In this document: one piece after another, positions 22,382 through 32,152 of the stretch | How the letters are laid out: each line of letters starts with the position of its first letter | Numbering within the stretch: position 1 is the first letter of the stretch | Assembly (NCBI GenBank): GCA_965203555.1 | Contig: CBDBCY010000004.1 | Location: 352,001 to 416,000 of the forward strand | Length of the DNA: 64,000 bases | Origin: Acidimicrobiia bacterium | Lineage (GTDB): Bacteria > Actinomycetota > Acidimicrobiia > Spongiisociales > ZC4RG35 | Direction of reading: 5' to 3' | Translations under genes and position numbers: made by a program | Notes under the pieces: generated by a model | Seen by the model: only the letters and a program-made list of their open reading frames with translations | Databases searched by the model: none | What the model was told of the DNA's origin: nothing

Positions 22382-23108
22382 AGTCGAAGGTATCGCGGCC
22401 GTAAAGGCGGCGCTGGCCGCCGGCCGGGTAGAGCGGCTGCAGGTGTCCCGCGGCCATTCCAATCCCCGGCTGGCCGTCCTGATCGACTTCGCCCGGGACC
22501 GGGGAGTGAATGTCAAGCAGGTGGAAAACCTTGAAGGCGTGGCCGTCACCTCCACCCCCCAGGGGGTGGTCGCCGATTGCCGACTCATCCGGCCGGTGAC
22601 CCTCTCGCAATTGGTCCTGGAGTCAGAACCGGCGTCGCTGATGGTGGTCGATCACGTAACCGATCCTCGCAACCTGGGAGCTATCGCCCGAAACGCGGTT
22701 GCCGCCGGGACGCCTCGCCTAGTCATTCCCCGTCGGAGGGGATCTCCCCTGACCCCCACAGCGTTCAAGGCGGCGGCCGGGGGCTTGGAGAGTACCCGCG
22801 TGTGCCTGGTCTCGTCGATCCCCGAAACGCTGCGCCGTCTCTCCCAGATGGGTGTCTGGACGGTAGGGCTGGCTGCTCAGGCGTCCCAGTCATTATTCGG
22901 ACTGCAGTTGTTGACCGACCCGGTCGCCATGGTGGTCGGCGCTGAGCACCGAGGACTCTCCCGGCTGGTCATCGACCGCGTCGATCAACTGGCGTCAATC
23001 CCCATGGTCCCCGGATCCGAAAGCCTCAACGCCTCGGTGGCGGCCGGGTTGGCGCTGTTCGAGTTGGCTCGGATGCGCAGGTACTTCGACAAACCTCCGC
23101 CGGATTGA
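22356..23108 (+). CDS. rlmB: 23S rRNA (G2251-2'-O)-methyltransferase, TrmH/SpoU family
   Basis: DHVTDPRNLGAIAR, VGAEHRG, SLNASVA SPOUT motifs; follows cysS. Confidence 0.88.
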   Translation: MAPAGYGRRVEGIAAVKAALAAGRVERLQVSRGHSNPRLAVLIDFARDRGVNVKQVENLEGVAVTSTPQGVVADCRLIRPVTLSQLVLESEPASLMVVDHVTDPRNLGAIARNAVAAGTPRLVIPRRRGSPLTPTAFKAAAGGLESTRVCLVSSIPETLRRLSQMGVWTVGLAAQASQSLFGLQLLTDPVAMVVGAEHRGLSRLVIDRVDQLASIPMVPGSESLNASVAAGLALFELARMRRYFDKPPPD

Positions 23109-23141
23109 TCTGTGAAGTGCTACGATTCCGGTCGCAAACCC

Positions 23142-23215
23142 GCTGGCGTAGCTCAGACGGCCAGAGCAGCTGATTTGTAATCAGCAGGTCGTGGGTTCGA
23201 GTCCCACCGCCAGCT
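23142..23215 (+). tRNA. tRNA-Thr(TGT)
   Basis: Acceptor GCTGGCG/CGCCAGC, anticodon arm GCTGA-TTTGTAA-TCAGC, GGTTCGAGTCC T-arm. Confidence 0.97.
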
Positions 23216-23236
23216 CCGACGACAAGAGTAAAGAGT

Positions 23237-23602
23237 GGACATATTTACTTGGGTTGACGGTTGGGTCGCAAAGCCTGGCAAGCCGGTGTCCCGTATGTGA
23301 GGGTGGGCACCAGGCACATATCCACCGACTGCTCCGTCTGCGGGCACCGACAGCCCATGCCCCTGCGCCAGCGGGGTATTCCAGTACGGACGCTGCGGGC
23401 TGGAACTGGACAGGGATGTGAACGCCGCAAGAAAACATAGGCGCTCGAGCCTTCGGCACGGGGTCGGGAGGGACTTTCCCGACGCGCCCAGCAAACCTCC
23501 GACGCAAGACGACCACCACCCTCGGACGGTATATCGCCAACGGACATCGCAGAACAGCATCACCCGGGTAGACAACCCCCGTCAATCCAGGCATATATGT
23601 CC
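23237..23602. mobile_element. Small non-autonomous element with 24-bp imperfect inverted repeats containing a tnpB 3' remnant
   Basis: GGACATATTTACTTGGGTTGACGG (23237-23260) vs reverse complement of 23579-23602 GGACATATATGCCTGGATTGACGG, 20/24; TAAAGA in both flanks. Confidence 0.6.
23270..23439 (+). pseudogene. TnpB (IS200/IS605/IS607) C-terminal zinc-ribbon remnant
   Basis: Across two 1-nt frameshifts reads KAWQAGVPYVRVGTRHISTDCSVCGHRQPMPLRQR-VFQYGRCGLELDRDVNAARN-I. Confidence 0.8.
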
Positions 23603-23728
23603 CTAAAGAAAACAAAAAAGCTTCGGGTGGCGATATCCTACCGAGAGGATGCCCAAACGACTGCTACACATTATTCTTCCCGGACCACAGCACTCTGCCG
23701 CAGATGGGTTCCCACCTGAGGGCCTTGC

Positions 23729-24328
23729 ATGAGGGGTCGCCACGCCGCCCCGGGATGGTCTCCCTTCTGGCGTGACATACTGTTGCGATCCATCCTGGCT
23801 CTGCTGCTCGTCGCCATGGCAGTGTTCATCTGGTGGCTCTTCTCCGAGGATGATCTGTTCACCAACACGGTCGCCACCACTTCCGAGACGGCGCCCACCA
23901 CTTCCGAGACGGCGCCCACCACTTCCGAGGCAGCGCCCACCACCACCGCGGCGCCCACCACCACCGCCACCGACGCTGCTGCCGAAACCACCACGTCCAC
24001 CACTGCCCCGCCAACTACCACCACCAGCACCGCTCCGCCACTACTGGAACCAGCCGATCTGGTGGTCAAGGTCTACAACGCCAACGGAGTAGCCGGGATT
24101 GCGGGTAGAACCACCGCCCGTTTGGAGGAGGCGGGGTACGGAGTGGGAAGTCCGGACAATCATCCCCAGTTCCTCGATATCTCCCGGGTGTGGTACCGGG
24201 AGGGCCTCCAGCGGGAGGCCCAGCAACTCCAGGAAACACTGGTTTCCGACGCCTTGGTGGAGCCTATTCCACAGGAGCAGGAGGGGATTGACATCATGGT
24301 GATTCTGGGCCGCTCGTTCGAGGAGTGA
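23729..24328 (+). CDS. LytR C-terminal domain membrane protein
   Basis: MRGRHAA start, one TM helix, Thr/Ala/Pro linker, VKVYNANGVAGIA..DIMVILG LytR_C motif. Confidence 0.85.
   Translation: MRGRHAAPGWSPFWRDILLRSILALLLVAMAVFIWWLFSEDDLFTNTVATTSETAPTTSETAPTTSEAAPTTTAAPTTTATDAAAETTTSTTAPPTTTTSTAPPLLEPADLVVKVYNANGVAGIAGRTTARLEEAGYGVGSPDNHPQFLDISRVWYREGLQREAQQLQETLVSDALVEPIPQEQEGIDIMVILGRSFEE
23874..23936 (+). repeat. Three 21-bp coding tandem repeats (TTSETAP)
   Basis: CCACCACTTCCGAGACGGCGC x2 plus one degenerate copy. Confidence 0.85.
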
Positions 24329-25233
24329 TACCCACCGATCAACCCCCCGAGCAAAGAACAGGCGCCTGGCGGTTGATCGGCGCCTCTTTTGCCCTCCTGC
24401 TGCTGGGAACGGGGGTTCGGCTCGTATCTCCGGCCATCTTCTTGGACATCGCATCACTGTGGCCGGTCGTAGCGGGACTTTTGGCGGCGGGATGGGTGGT
24501 GAAGAGAATATGGTCGGACCGGCCGATCGCAGGCGCTCCTCTCATTCCCCTCTTGATCTTCTCATGGTTGGTGATCTCGGCTTCGTTCTATTTTGCAGAC
24601 CTGCCGGGCCTCCCCTCCAGCAGCCCCGACCTGCGGGGCCCACCGCCCGGTCCGAGTGACCTCAACACTTTCACGTTGGAAATGGATGAGGGACGCTTGG
24701 TCGTCGGCGAGGGAACAGGTCCGTCGGCCTACCAGGTGGCAGTTACCCGAGACGGAGGCAGGGCGGGGACCCCTGTGGCATTGGAAACTCTCAGGGAAGG
24801 CGGGGGCGCGATAAGGATTATCGATGCCAGGGCGCCACTGCCCCCCGATCTTGATCTCACCGTGACGGACAACGGTTGGCTGCGCTTCGGCGGCTGGGAA
24901 GTCGGACTGCATCCCCAAGCCACGTGGGAACTTACCTTGTCCGCCCCTGAAATCTCAGCAGAGCTGGAGACTCTCCAGATCTCGGCTCTGCAGGTGACCG
25001 GCGATGGCACGCTCAGGGTGGGGGAGGTAGCCGGCCCCGTGGAGATAGCGGTAAACGGCTCGTTCACCGTGGAAGTTCCCGAACAAACTCCGGTGGAAGT
25101 GGTGGGAGCGGCGATCGTTCCGGAGGACTGGACGGTAGAACAGGACATGGCCTGGTCGGGTGAGCGTGGGGCCGGCTGGCACATCGTGGTTGCTGAAGAA
25201 GGATCGGTCCAGATTCTCATTTTCAACGAATAA
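24325..25233 (+). CDS. Hypothetical membrane protein (3 TM plus beta-rich C-terminal domain)
   Basis: Long ORF with GTGA overlap and hydrophobic N-terminal helices. Confidence 0.7.
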   Translation: MIPTDQPPEQRTGAWRLIGASFALLLLGTGVRLVSPAIFLDIASLWPVVAGLLAAGWVVKRIWSDRPIAGAPLIPLLIFSWLVISASFYFADLPGLPSSSPDLRGPPPGPSDLNTFTLEMDEGRLVVGEGTGPSAYQVAVTRDGGRAGTPVALETLREGGGAIRIIDARAPLPPDLDLTVTDNGWLRFGGWEVGLHPQATWELTLSAPEISAELETLQISALQVTGDGTLRVGEVAGPVEIAVNGSFTVEVPEQTPVEVVGAAIVPEDWTVEQDMAWSGERGAGWHIVVAEEGSVQILIFNE

Positions 25234-25514
25234 CGACCTCAGCCACACACCGGAACCCCTTCTTTCTCGCGAGGACCGAAGGACTTACTGCACCAAGCCA
25301 TTGCCCGCGGTCCACCCCCACAATGCCGTCCATCGGATGCCCCGTGCGCCTTGACGATTTCTGACCTCCGAGCCGGTCGGTCGAGCCTTGGCCGGGACCG
25401 TAACTGTATCGGGCAGCATGATCAGTAAGCGGCGCCGGGAAGACGGTCGACCCGCAAGCCAGTCTTCTTTACCACCGTTACTTGGTGTCGGACCTTACCT
25501 TCGGGGACGGTTGT

Positions 25515-26297
25515 CTACTCACTGGGCAGGGGGGTTACGTAAGCGGCGGTGATACCCCCGTCCACCATGAATTCGGCACCTGTGACGAACGAGGACTCGT
25601 CCGACGCCAGCCACAACGCGGCGCGGGCCACTTCCATTGTCTCCCCGAATCTGCCCATGGGGATGTGGATCAACCGGCGTTGCCTCTTCTCCTCTGTGTC
25701 CAGGTACTGCATGAGCAATTCGGTACGCAGCGGCCCCGGGCACAGGGCGTTGACCCGGATGTTCTCCCGGGCGTGTACCACCGCCAGTTCCCTGGTCAGC
25801 GAGAGGACCGCCCCCTTGGAAGCGGTATAGGCCAACTGGGGAGTAGCCGCACCCACCTTGGCCACGAACGAGGCGGTGTTGATCACCGACCCGCCACCGG
25901 ACCGGCGAATGGCCGGAATGCCATGCTTGCATCCCAGGAACACCCCCTTGACGTTCACCGCGAAGGTGAAATCCCAGATCTCCTCGGCGGTTTCCACCGC
26001 GTCGGAGTCGTCCGGATGGCTGACGCCGGCGTTGTTGAACAGGATATGGAGTCCCCCGAATTCCGCCTCGGCGGCTTCGACCATGGCCCGGCAGTCAGTG
26101 TCGCGGGACACATCGGCCTCGACCTCCACCGCACGGCCTCCCCGTTCCTCGACGGCGGTCAGCGTCTCCGCCAAGGCCCGTGGATTGACGTCGACCCCCA
26201 CCACGGCCGCTCCCTCCGCAGCAAACAACCGGGCGGTGCGGCGGCCGATGCCTGACCCCGCCCCGGTGATGAGCGCCACTTTGCCCGCCAGTCGCAT
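25515..26297 (-). CDS. Short-chain dehydrogenase/reductase
   Basis: TGAGSGIG, NNAG, YTASKG, RVNALCPG. Confidence 0.93.
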   Translation of the reverse strand: MRLAGKVALITGAGSGIGRRTARLFAAEGAAVVGVDVNPRALAETLTAVEERGGRAVEVEADVSRDTDCRAMVEAAEAEFGGLHILFNNAGVSHPDDSDAVETAEEIWDFTFAVNVKGVFLGCKHGIPAIRRSGGGSVINTASFVAKVGAATPQLAYTASKGAVLSLTRELAVVHARENIRVNALCPGPLRTELLMQYLDTEEKRQRRLIHIPMGRFGETMEVARAALWLASDESSFVTGAEFMVDGGITAAYVTPLPSE

Positions 26298-26330
26298 GAG
26301 CCCGAGGTTATCCGGCTATAGTCCCAGACG

Positions 26331-27005
26331 ATGGCTATCCCCGACTTCACTCTCGACGACCAGGCCCGGCAGCCATGGCGACTTCGGGATCATCTGGATG
26401 CCGGAATCCTGTTGGTGTTCCTTCGCGGCGATTGGTGACCCTACTGCAACGGCCAGTTGGCCTGCCTGGCGCAACGCCACCAGGAGATCCTGTCCACCGG
26501 TTTCCGGGTGGCGGCGATCGACGTCGACTCGGCGGACCAGCACGCCGCCATGGTCGAAAAACTGCAACTTCCCTTCCCGATGCTGTCAGATCCCGACCGC
26601 TCGCAGGCGATAGCCCCCTACGGCTTGATCGACCACCACGATCCTCGGAGTGTGGCCCTCCCGGCCGTGGTAGCCGCGGATCCAGGGGGCGTCGAGGTCT
26701 ATCGATTCGTGGCGAGGGACTATGCCGACCGACTGCCCGAGGATGAGCTGTTGGAGATTCTCCGAGGCCGCCGACTTGGACGAACCACCCAACCGCCTCC
26801 CACGCCGGGTCAACCCCGACCTGGTCCCCGAGCGATGCCGCTTCGGGCGATGATCCCGTATTTTCGGGGAGGACGTTTCGCGGCCTTGGCCCTGGGTTTG
26901 AGACATCGTCATCTCGGTGAGGATTTCAAAGACGACTCCAAGGCGTTCGTAGCCGAAATGGACCGCTTCGTCGAAGCCGTCAAGAGCCTAAAGTCCCGCC
27001 GATAA
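26331..27005 (+). CDS. AhpC/TSA peroxiredoxin-like protein, probable selenoprotein (UxxC)
   Basis: ATG 26331 reads MAIPDFTLDDQ...LVFLRGDW-TGA(26436-26438)-PYCNGQL in frame with ORF 26457-27005 (FPMLSDPD). Confidence 0.8.
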
Positions 27006-27036
27006 GAGACCGGCTCCTGTACTCTCAAGGGTGCTG

Positions 27037-28266
27037 ATGCCAACCATTGCCGACCGGACCAGTCTTAGTCGGATAGTGGTCACGATCTGGGGAATCATCG
27101 GTGCTCTGCTGCTGGTGGGCATCATGATATGGATGGGCCGGGAGGTGCGAATCATATGGTTGCCCCTGGTGTTTGCCACCGGGATAGTGGTGATCCTGAA
27201 TCCGTTGGTGAGCCGTTTCCACCGATGGGGGATACCACGGGTGATCGGCGCCACGATCGCCTACGTGCTGTCGCTGGCTGCTCTGGCAGGGCTTGGTGCG
27301 GCGCTCAGTGTTCCCGTGATCCAACAGATCGGAGAATTGTCCGATCGGCTCCCTGACATCTACCAGGCGCTCTATGTTCAAATCGGGGGGGTGGTCGATC
27401 GTCTGGGCCTGCCGATCAGCCTGCCGGAGGACACTGCGCAGATAGCGGAGTGGCTGCGTGACAACCTGGGCGGGCTGGCCAGCCTCTTCGGAGGGGAGGG
27501 GACCAACGGCATCGGCGGGTTCTTTCGCAGTCTCTTGGGTCTGATGGCAGAGATATTGGTGGACATTTTGCTTGCGCCGGTGCTGGCATTCTATCTACTT
27601 GTCGATCTCCCCCGACTGCGCACCCTTCTGCTGAGCCTCACACCCCCCCGACACCGGGAGGAAGTGGTTCATCTGATCGGCGCAATCACTTCCACGGTCA
27701 GCCGATTCGCTCGGGGCCAACTGCTGGTGGCCTCGATCGTGGCGGTGCTGGGAAGCCTGGTCATGTGGTCTCTGAGTCTCCCCTTCTGGCTGATCGTGGG
27801 AGTTCTCTCCGGCGTGTTGAACCTCATACCGTTCGCCGGCCCGGTAGCCGGCGCCACCTTGGCCTTTCTGACTTCCTTGCTGGTGAGCAAACCTCTTACC
27901 GGTTTGATAGCCGTCCTGCTGTTCGCCGCCATCCAGCAGTTCGACAATCATGTGGTGACTCCCATAGTGCAGAAAAGCCGGGTGAAGCTGTCGGCTTTCA
28001 CCATCGTGCTGTCCCTGGTGGTGGGCGGCTCCGTGGCGGGCTTTCTGGGAGTGCTGACCGCGGTTCCGGTGGTCGGCCTGCTCCGGTTGCTGGGCGGGCA
28101 CTTCTGGCGCACCCGGGTGCTGGACGAGGACTGGCATCAGGCCCGAGAGTCGATCATAACGCGGATCGGGCCTCCATCCCTGTGGCGTTCGGACCTGTGG
28201 CGTTCCCGCAGGTCGAAACAGCCGACCGCCGACCCTCCCACAGAAGAGGAGGATCAGGAAGAATAG
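27037..28266 (+). CDS. AI-2E family transporter
   Basis: ILNPLV, FYLLVD, RFARGQL, LNLIPFAG, QQFDNHVVTP. Confidence 0.9.
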   Translation: MPTIADRTSLSRIVVTIWGIIGALLLVGIMIWMGREVRIIWLPLVFATGIVVILNPLVSRFHRWGIPRVIGATIAYVLSLAALAGLGAALSVPVIQQIGELSDRLPDIYQALYVQIGGVVDRLGLPISLPEDTAQIAEWLRDNLGGLASLFGGEGTNGIGGFFRSLLGLMAEILVDILLAPVLAFYLLVDLPRLRTLLLSLTPPRHREEVVHLIGAITSTVSRFARGQLLVASIVAVLGSLVMWSLSLPFWLIVGVLSGVLNLIPFAGPVAGATLAFLTSLLVSKPLTGLIAVLLFAAIQQFDNHVVTPIVQKSRVKLSAFTIVLSLVVGGSVAGFLGVLTAVPVVGLLRLLGGHFWRTRVLDEDWHQARESIITRIGPPSLWRSDLWRSRRSKQPTADPPTEEEDQEE

Positions 28267-28274
28267 GACCCGAA

Positions 28275-29462
28275 TTAGATCTGGTCGAAGCTCCGTTTCA
28301 CGAAGGTCCGGTCGAGAGAGAAGGGCGAGTCCCTCAGCCGCGAGGTGATCAGGTCGGCCAGGATGCGCCCTGCGGCAGGGGAACACATGATCCCGTGCCC
28401 CGAATAGCCGCTGTTGACCCACAGGCCCGCGACGGGCGACTGCCCGATCAGAGGACGGTGGTCGGGGGTCATCATGTACTGCCCCGAATGGACCATCCAC
28501 CAAAGTTCTCCCTGCCTCCACGCCTCACCCCAGAAGGGAGTGATCCGGGCGGCGGCCTCCGGCCGGGAGGGATCCAGCACCCCGAACACCATGTCGGAGT
28601 CGGGACGGACATCCTCTGCGGGTTCGGTTCCCGGTCCCCGGGGCGCGGCGTCCAGCACAAAGGCGCCCGACAGGGCAGGACGCCAATGGACCCCGGTGTC
28701 GTCGTCGATGGTCATCGGCGCGTCGGGCGGCACCCGCCACAGATCGGGAACCACCACTTTGTGGCGACTCATCACCTCTATCGGCAGTTCCACGCCCACC
28801 GAGGCCGCCAGTTTGCCGGTGAAAGGCCCTGCGGCTATCACCACCTGATCCGCCCGGATGGAACCCCGATTGGTTTCCAGTTCAAAGCCCCCTGAGGAGA
28901 GCTCTCGCATCGACCCCACCCGGCATGAAGTGTGCAGAGGCGCCCCGGACGCCCGCAACAAGCCCAGCGTCAGCGCCCGGGGATCGATGAAACCGTCACC
29001 CGCCCGGTAGCGGGCATGGACCACTCGCGAACTCAGAAACGGGAAGCGGCGTCGAGCCTCGTCGCCGGTGAGAGTCTCGATGTCGGTCTGCCCCCAGGAG
29101 TGTTGCAGAGCCACCAGCCGACGTTGTTCCACGGCTCGCCGCGGGGAGGTGGTGGCCCACAGGTACCCGGGTTGGCTGACCTTCAAAGGCGCTGACTCCT
29201 GGCCGGTGATCTCGGAAAAATTGAGGATCAGATTCACCGACTCTCGCACCAGTTCAGTCTCTTCCAAGTTATCGAATTGCAGGCGAAAGGCACCGGTGGA
29301 TGCGGGAGTGGTCAACGAGGCAGGGGCTGGACGAGCCTCCAGCACCACCGGGGACAATCCGGCGCGGGCAGTCCAGAAGGCGGTCGAGGCCCCCACCACC
29401 CCGGCGCCGATGATCACCAACTCCGCTCCGGCGGGAAGACCGTCGTGGACTTTGAACGCCAT
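28275..29462 (-). CDS. FAD-dependent oxidoreductase (DAO/sarcosine oxidase beta-like)
   Basis: IIGAGVVG, DGFIDP, MTPDHRPLIG, GYSGHGIM. Confidence 0.9.
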   Translation of the reverse strand: MAFKVHDGLPAGAELVIIGAGVVGASTAFWTARAGLSPVVLEARPAPASLTTPASTGAFRLQFDNLEETELVRESVNLILNFSEITGQESAPLKVSQPGYLWATTSPRRAVEQRRLVALQHSWGQTDIETLTGDEARRRFPFLSSRVVHARYRAGDGFIDPRALTLGLLRASGAPLHTSCRVGSMRELSSGGFELETNRGSIRADQVVIAAGPFTGKLAASVGVELPIEVMSRHKVVVPDLWRVPPDAPMTIDDDTGVHWRPALSGAFVLDAAPRGPGTEPAEDVRPDSDMVFGVLDPSRPEAAARITPFWGEAWRQGELWWMVHSGQYMMTPDHRPLIGQSPVAGLWVNSGYSGHGIMCSPAAGRILADLITSRLRDSPFSLDRTFVKRSFDQI

Positions 29463-29529
29463 TGCCACAAAACTACTTGGGCGTTCAGCAAAGACACAAA
29501 GAGAACCTCCCTCAAGTAGCCTTGAAGCC

Positions 29530-30261
29530 ATGAGTCCGCAACGAACCGCGCCCACCGACGAACTGTCGGCGCGGGACTCCTATCTGGCGACCGCCGAGGG
29601 TACTGTTCGGGAGATCGTGGCGGGCGGGGTGGTGCTTGACCGGACTCCCTTCTATGTCCGAGGCGGGGGCCAACCCGGCGACACCGGAGTCATCCGCTGG
29701 CACGACGGCGAGGTTCGGGTCGCCGACACCAAACGCCGAGGAGGAAAGGTGATTCACGTAGTGTCCGAACCCGGACTGCTCGAGCCCGGCACGCCGGTGG
29801 AATCCACCATCGACTGGGACCGGCGCTATGTGATCATGCGCACCCACACCGCTCTCCATGCGCTGTCGGGAGTGGTCTGGCGAGATTACCGCGCCAAGGT
29901 GACCGGAGGGGACATGAAGGCGGGAACCGCCCGGATGGACTTCGAACTGGAAGGCATCTCCCGGGAATTCGGGCGGGAGGTGGAGAGACGTCTCAACCTG
30001 GAACTGGTCAAGGGGTATCCCGCCGAAGTCCTGTGGATGGCCCGCGCCGAGGCGCTGGCGGACCCCGACCTGATTAGAACCAAAGTCAATCTGATTCCCG
30101 AGTGGGTGCAGGATATCCGGGTAATCGACATTGTGGGACTGGACCGACAGGCCGATGGTGGGACCCATGTCCGATCCACTCTGGAAGTGGGGGAGGTGAG
30201 GGTGGTAAAAACCGAGAGCAAGGGTCGGGCCAACAAACGAATGCGCATCGCTCTTGTTTAG
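29530..30261 (+). CDS. Alanyl-tRNA editing protein AlaX
   Basis: TPFYVRGGGQPGDTG, MRTHTALH, QADGGTHV. Confidence 0.9.
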   Translation: MSPQRTAPTDELSARDSYLATAEGTVREIVAGGVVLDRTPFYVRGGGQPGDTGVIRWHDGEVRVADTKRRGGKVIHVVSEPGLLEPGTPVESTIDWDRRYVIMRTHTALHALSGVVWRDYRAKVTGGDMKAGTARMDFELEGISREFGREVERRLNLELVKGYPAEVLWMARAEALADPDLIRTKVNLIPEWVQDIRVIDIVGLDRQADGGTHVRSTLEVGEVRVVKTESKGRANKRMRIALV

Positions 30262-30280
30262 AACGCGAGGCCCCTAGCCG

Positions 30281-30871
30281 GTGTTCGATCTGATCGTTTT
30301 GGTGCTCGGGGCTCTCCTGGCGATTCGAGGTTGGAGAAAAGGCCTGCTCCGCCAGTTGGCCACCCTGGCGCCGTTCGCGCTCGGACTGCTGATCGTGGTG
30401 CGACTGACGCCGGGTTGGGCGTCCGTGGTCGAAGACTGGCTGGGGATCCCCTACGGCGCGGCGCTGCTGCTGGTGGGATTGGCGCTGTACGCGGCGGTGG
30501 GTATCGGAGGTTGGGCGGCCCTCCACGCCCTGGCCAGGGCGGCCAGGTTCCCCGGCCTCAATACCGCCGACCGCGTGGCGGGGGCCGTTTTCGGGGTGGT
30601 CTGGCTAGTTCTGGCCATCATGGCTTTGACCTGGTTTGCCTCATTTCTGCCCTTGCCCGAAAACGTAACCACCATGCTGGCCGAATCGAACGCCGTAGCC
30701 CGGATCGCCGAACCCGAGAGCCTCCCGCGCCGGGTTCTGGACGCTCTCACCAGCAACAGTTGGGACGAGATGCTGATCAAAGTGGAGGAACTCTCCGGAT
30801 CGGTCGACGATCTTCTGAGGGACCTGCTGGGAGAGCAGGCGCTGCCCGGCCAATCCCCATCTTCTCCGTGA
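30281..30871 (+). CDS. CvpA family membrane protein
   Basis: RGWRKGLLRQL, DRVAGAVFG. Confidence 0.85.
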   Translation: MFDLIVLVLGALLAIRGWRKGLLRQLATLAPFALGLLIVVRLTPGWASVVEDWLGIPYGAALLLVGLALYAAVGIGGWAALHALARAARFPGLNTADRVAGAVFGVVWLVLAIMALTWFASFLPLPENVTTMLAESNAVARIAEPESLPRRVLDALTSNSWDEMLIKVEELSGSVDDLLRDLLGEQALPGQSPSSP

Positions 30872-31557
30872 CCGGGCTCGCCGAGACCATGGAGAGAGCA
30901 ATCGCGGATGTGTTCTCATCTCACCGGGACCCTGCCAGGGCGGAGGGAATGAGCGCCTACATGAAGAACCACTTCCCCTTCCTGGGGATTTCATCTCCAC
31001 AGCGCCGTCGCCTGGCGCAGACCGCCCTTTCCGGCCTGCCCCGGCCGGGCGACGGCGACCTGGCGAGATTCGCCAGGCTGTGCTGGGAGCGCCCGGAGCG
31101 GGAATACCAGTATGCAGCCATCGACCAGTTGCGCAAGGCGACCAGACGCCTCCCCTCTTGGCTCCTGGCCGAATTGAGATGGATGATCGTCACCAAGCCC
31201 TGGTGGGACTCCTGCGATCCGCTGGCGGGTACCGTGGTCGGAGGAATCGTCAAGCGCCACCCCGGATCCGAAGCGCTGATGGAGCAATGGATCCGCGATG
31301 AAAACCTTTGGTTGCGCCGAGCCGCCCTCCTCCACCAACTGAAATGGAAGGACGCCTGCGACCAGGACCGACTGTTCGGATTCTGCGAACTCACCATGGG
31401 AGAAAAGGACTTTTTCATTCGCAAGGCGATCGGATGGGCGCTGCGCCAGCATGCGCGGGTGGCGCCCCAGGAAGTGTCGCGGTTTCTGATCGAGCACCGT
31501 CCCCGATTGTCGGGGCTGTCCTTTCGCGAAGCGGCCAAGCACCTCGATCTGAGGTGA
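30868..31557 (+). CDS. DNA alkylation repair protein (AlkD-like)
   Basis: MSAYMKNHFPFLGI, EREYQY, WWDSCD, FFIRKAIGWALR. Confidence 0.92.
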   Translation: MTGLAETMERAIADVFSSHRDPARAEGMSAYMKNHFPFLGISSPQRRRLAQTALSGLPRPGDGDLARFARLCWERPEREYQYAAIDQLRKATRRLPSWLLAELRWMIVTKPWWDSCDPLAGTVVGGIVKRHPGSEALMEQWIRDENLWLRRAALLHQLKWKDACDQDRLFGFCELTMGEKDFFIRKAIGWALRQHARVAPQEVSRFLIEHRPRLSGLSFREAAKHLDLR

Positions 31558-31561
31558 CGGA

Positions 31562-32152
31562 ATGTCCACCGTGGGACCCGGCGGGGCCGACTGGGACGAA
31601 ATCTACGCGGGCGACGGGAGCGACACCGAATCCTTCGACCATCAGATGCTTTCCAACGCGCTGGACCTGCCGCCCGGCAAAGCACTGGATCTCGGCTGCG
31701 GCGCCGGAGGAAACGCCATAGGGCTTGCCCAGCGCGGCTGGATCACAACCGGAGTGGACTCTTCGCACAGGGCCGTCCGATCGGCCCGGATCAGCGCAGC
31801 CGAGGCCCGGGTCGAAGCCACATTCCTTCAGACGGACATGATCACCTGGAAGCCCGACGGTCTCTACGACTTGGTGGTGAGCTTGTTTGCGCTTCCTCCT
31901 CGGGGCCCTGATCGGGATGCCCTGATGTCCCTGGCCAAGCAAGCCTTGGCGCCCGGTGGGCTGATTGTTGTGGGGGAGTGGGAGACAATCGACAGCTACG
32001 ACGGCCGGTACGTCACCCTCTCGGAACTCACCGACGCTCTGTCGGACCTGGAGATCATCCGGGCCGAGGCGGTCGACGCCGACCCGGACATGAGCCGGGG
32101 AGAGCCGATTTCATGGCCGGCCGTGGTAGTGACGGCCCGCCGCCACCATTAG
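31562..32152 (+). CDS. Class I SAM-dependent methyltransferase
   Basis: WDEIY, ALDLGCGAGGNA, LAPGG. Confidence 0.88.
   Translation: MSTVGPGGADWDEIYAGDGSDTESFDHQMLSNALDLPPGKALDLGCGAGGNAIGLAQRGWITTGVDSSHRAVRSARISAAEARVEATFLQTDMITWKPDGLYDLVVSLFALPPRGPDRDALMSLAKQALAPGGLIVVGEWETIDSYDGRYVTLSELTDALSDLEIIRAEAVDADPDMSRGEPISWPAVVVTARRHH

Noticed and set aside
23874-23936. Tandem repeats as a possible CRISPR array
   Set aside because: No spacers; coding Thr/Ala/Pro linker; no cas genes or arrays seen in the window
25234-25514. 280-bp gap between convergent genes as a possible ncRNA
   Set aside because: No recognisable Rfam motif by eye; needs an Infernal search
30140-30175. AlaX QADGGTH lacking the editing-site Cys
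   Set aside because: This Asp variant is, to my knowledge, common in bacterial AlaX proteins
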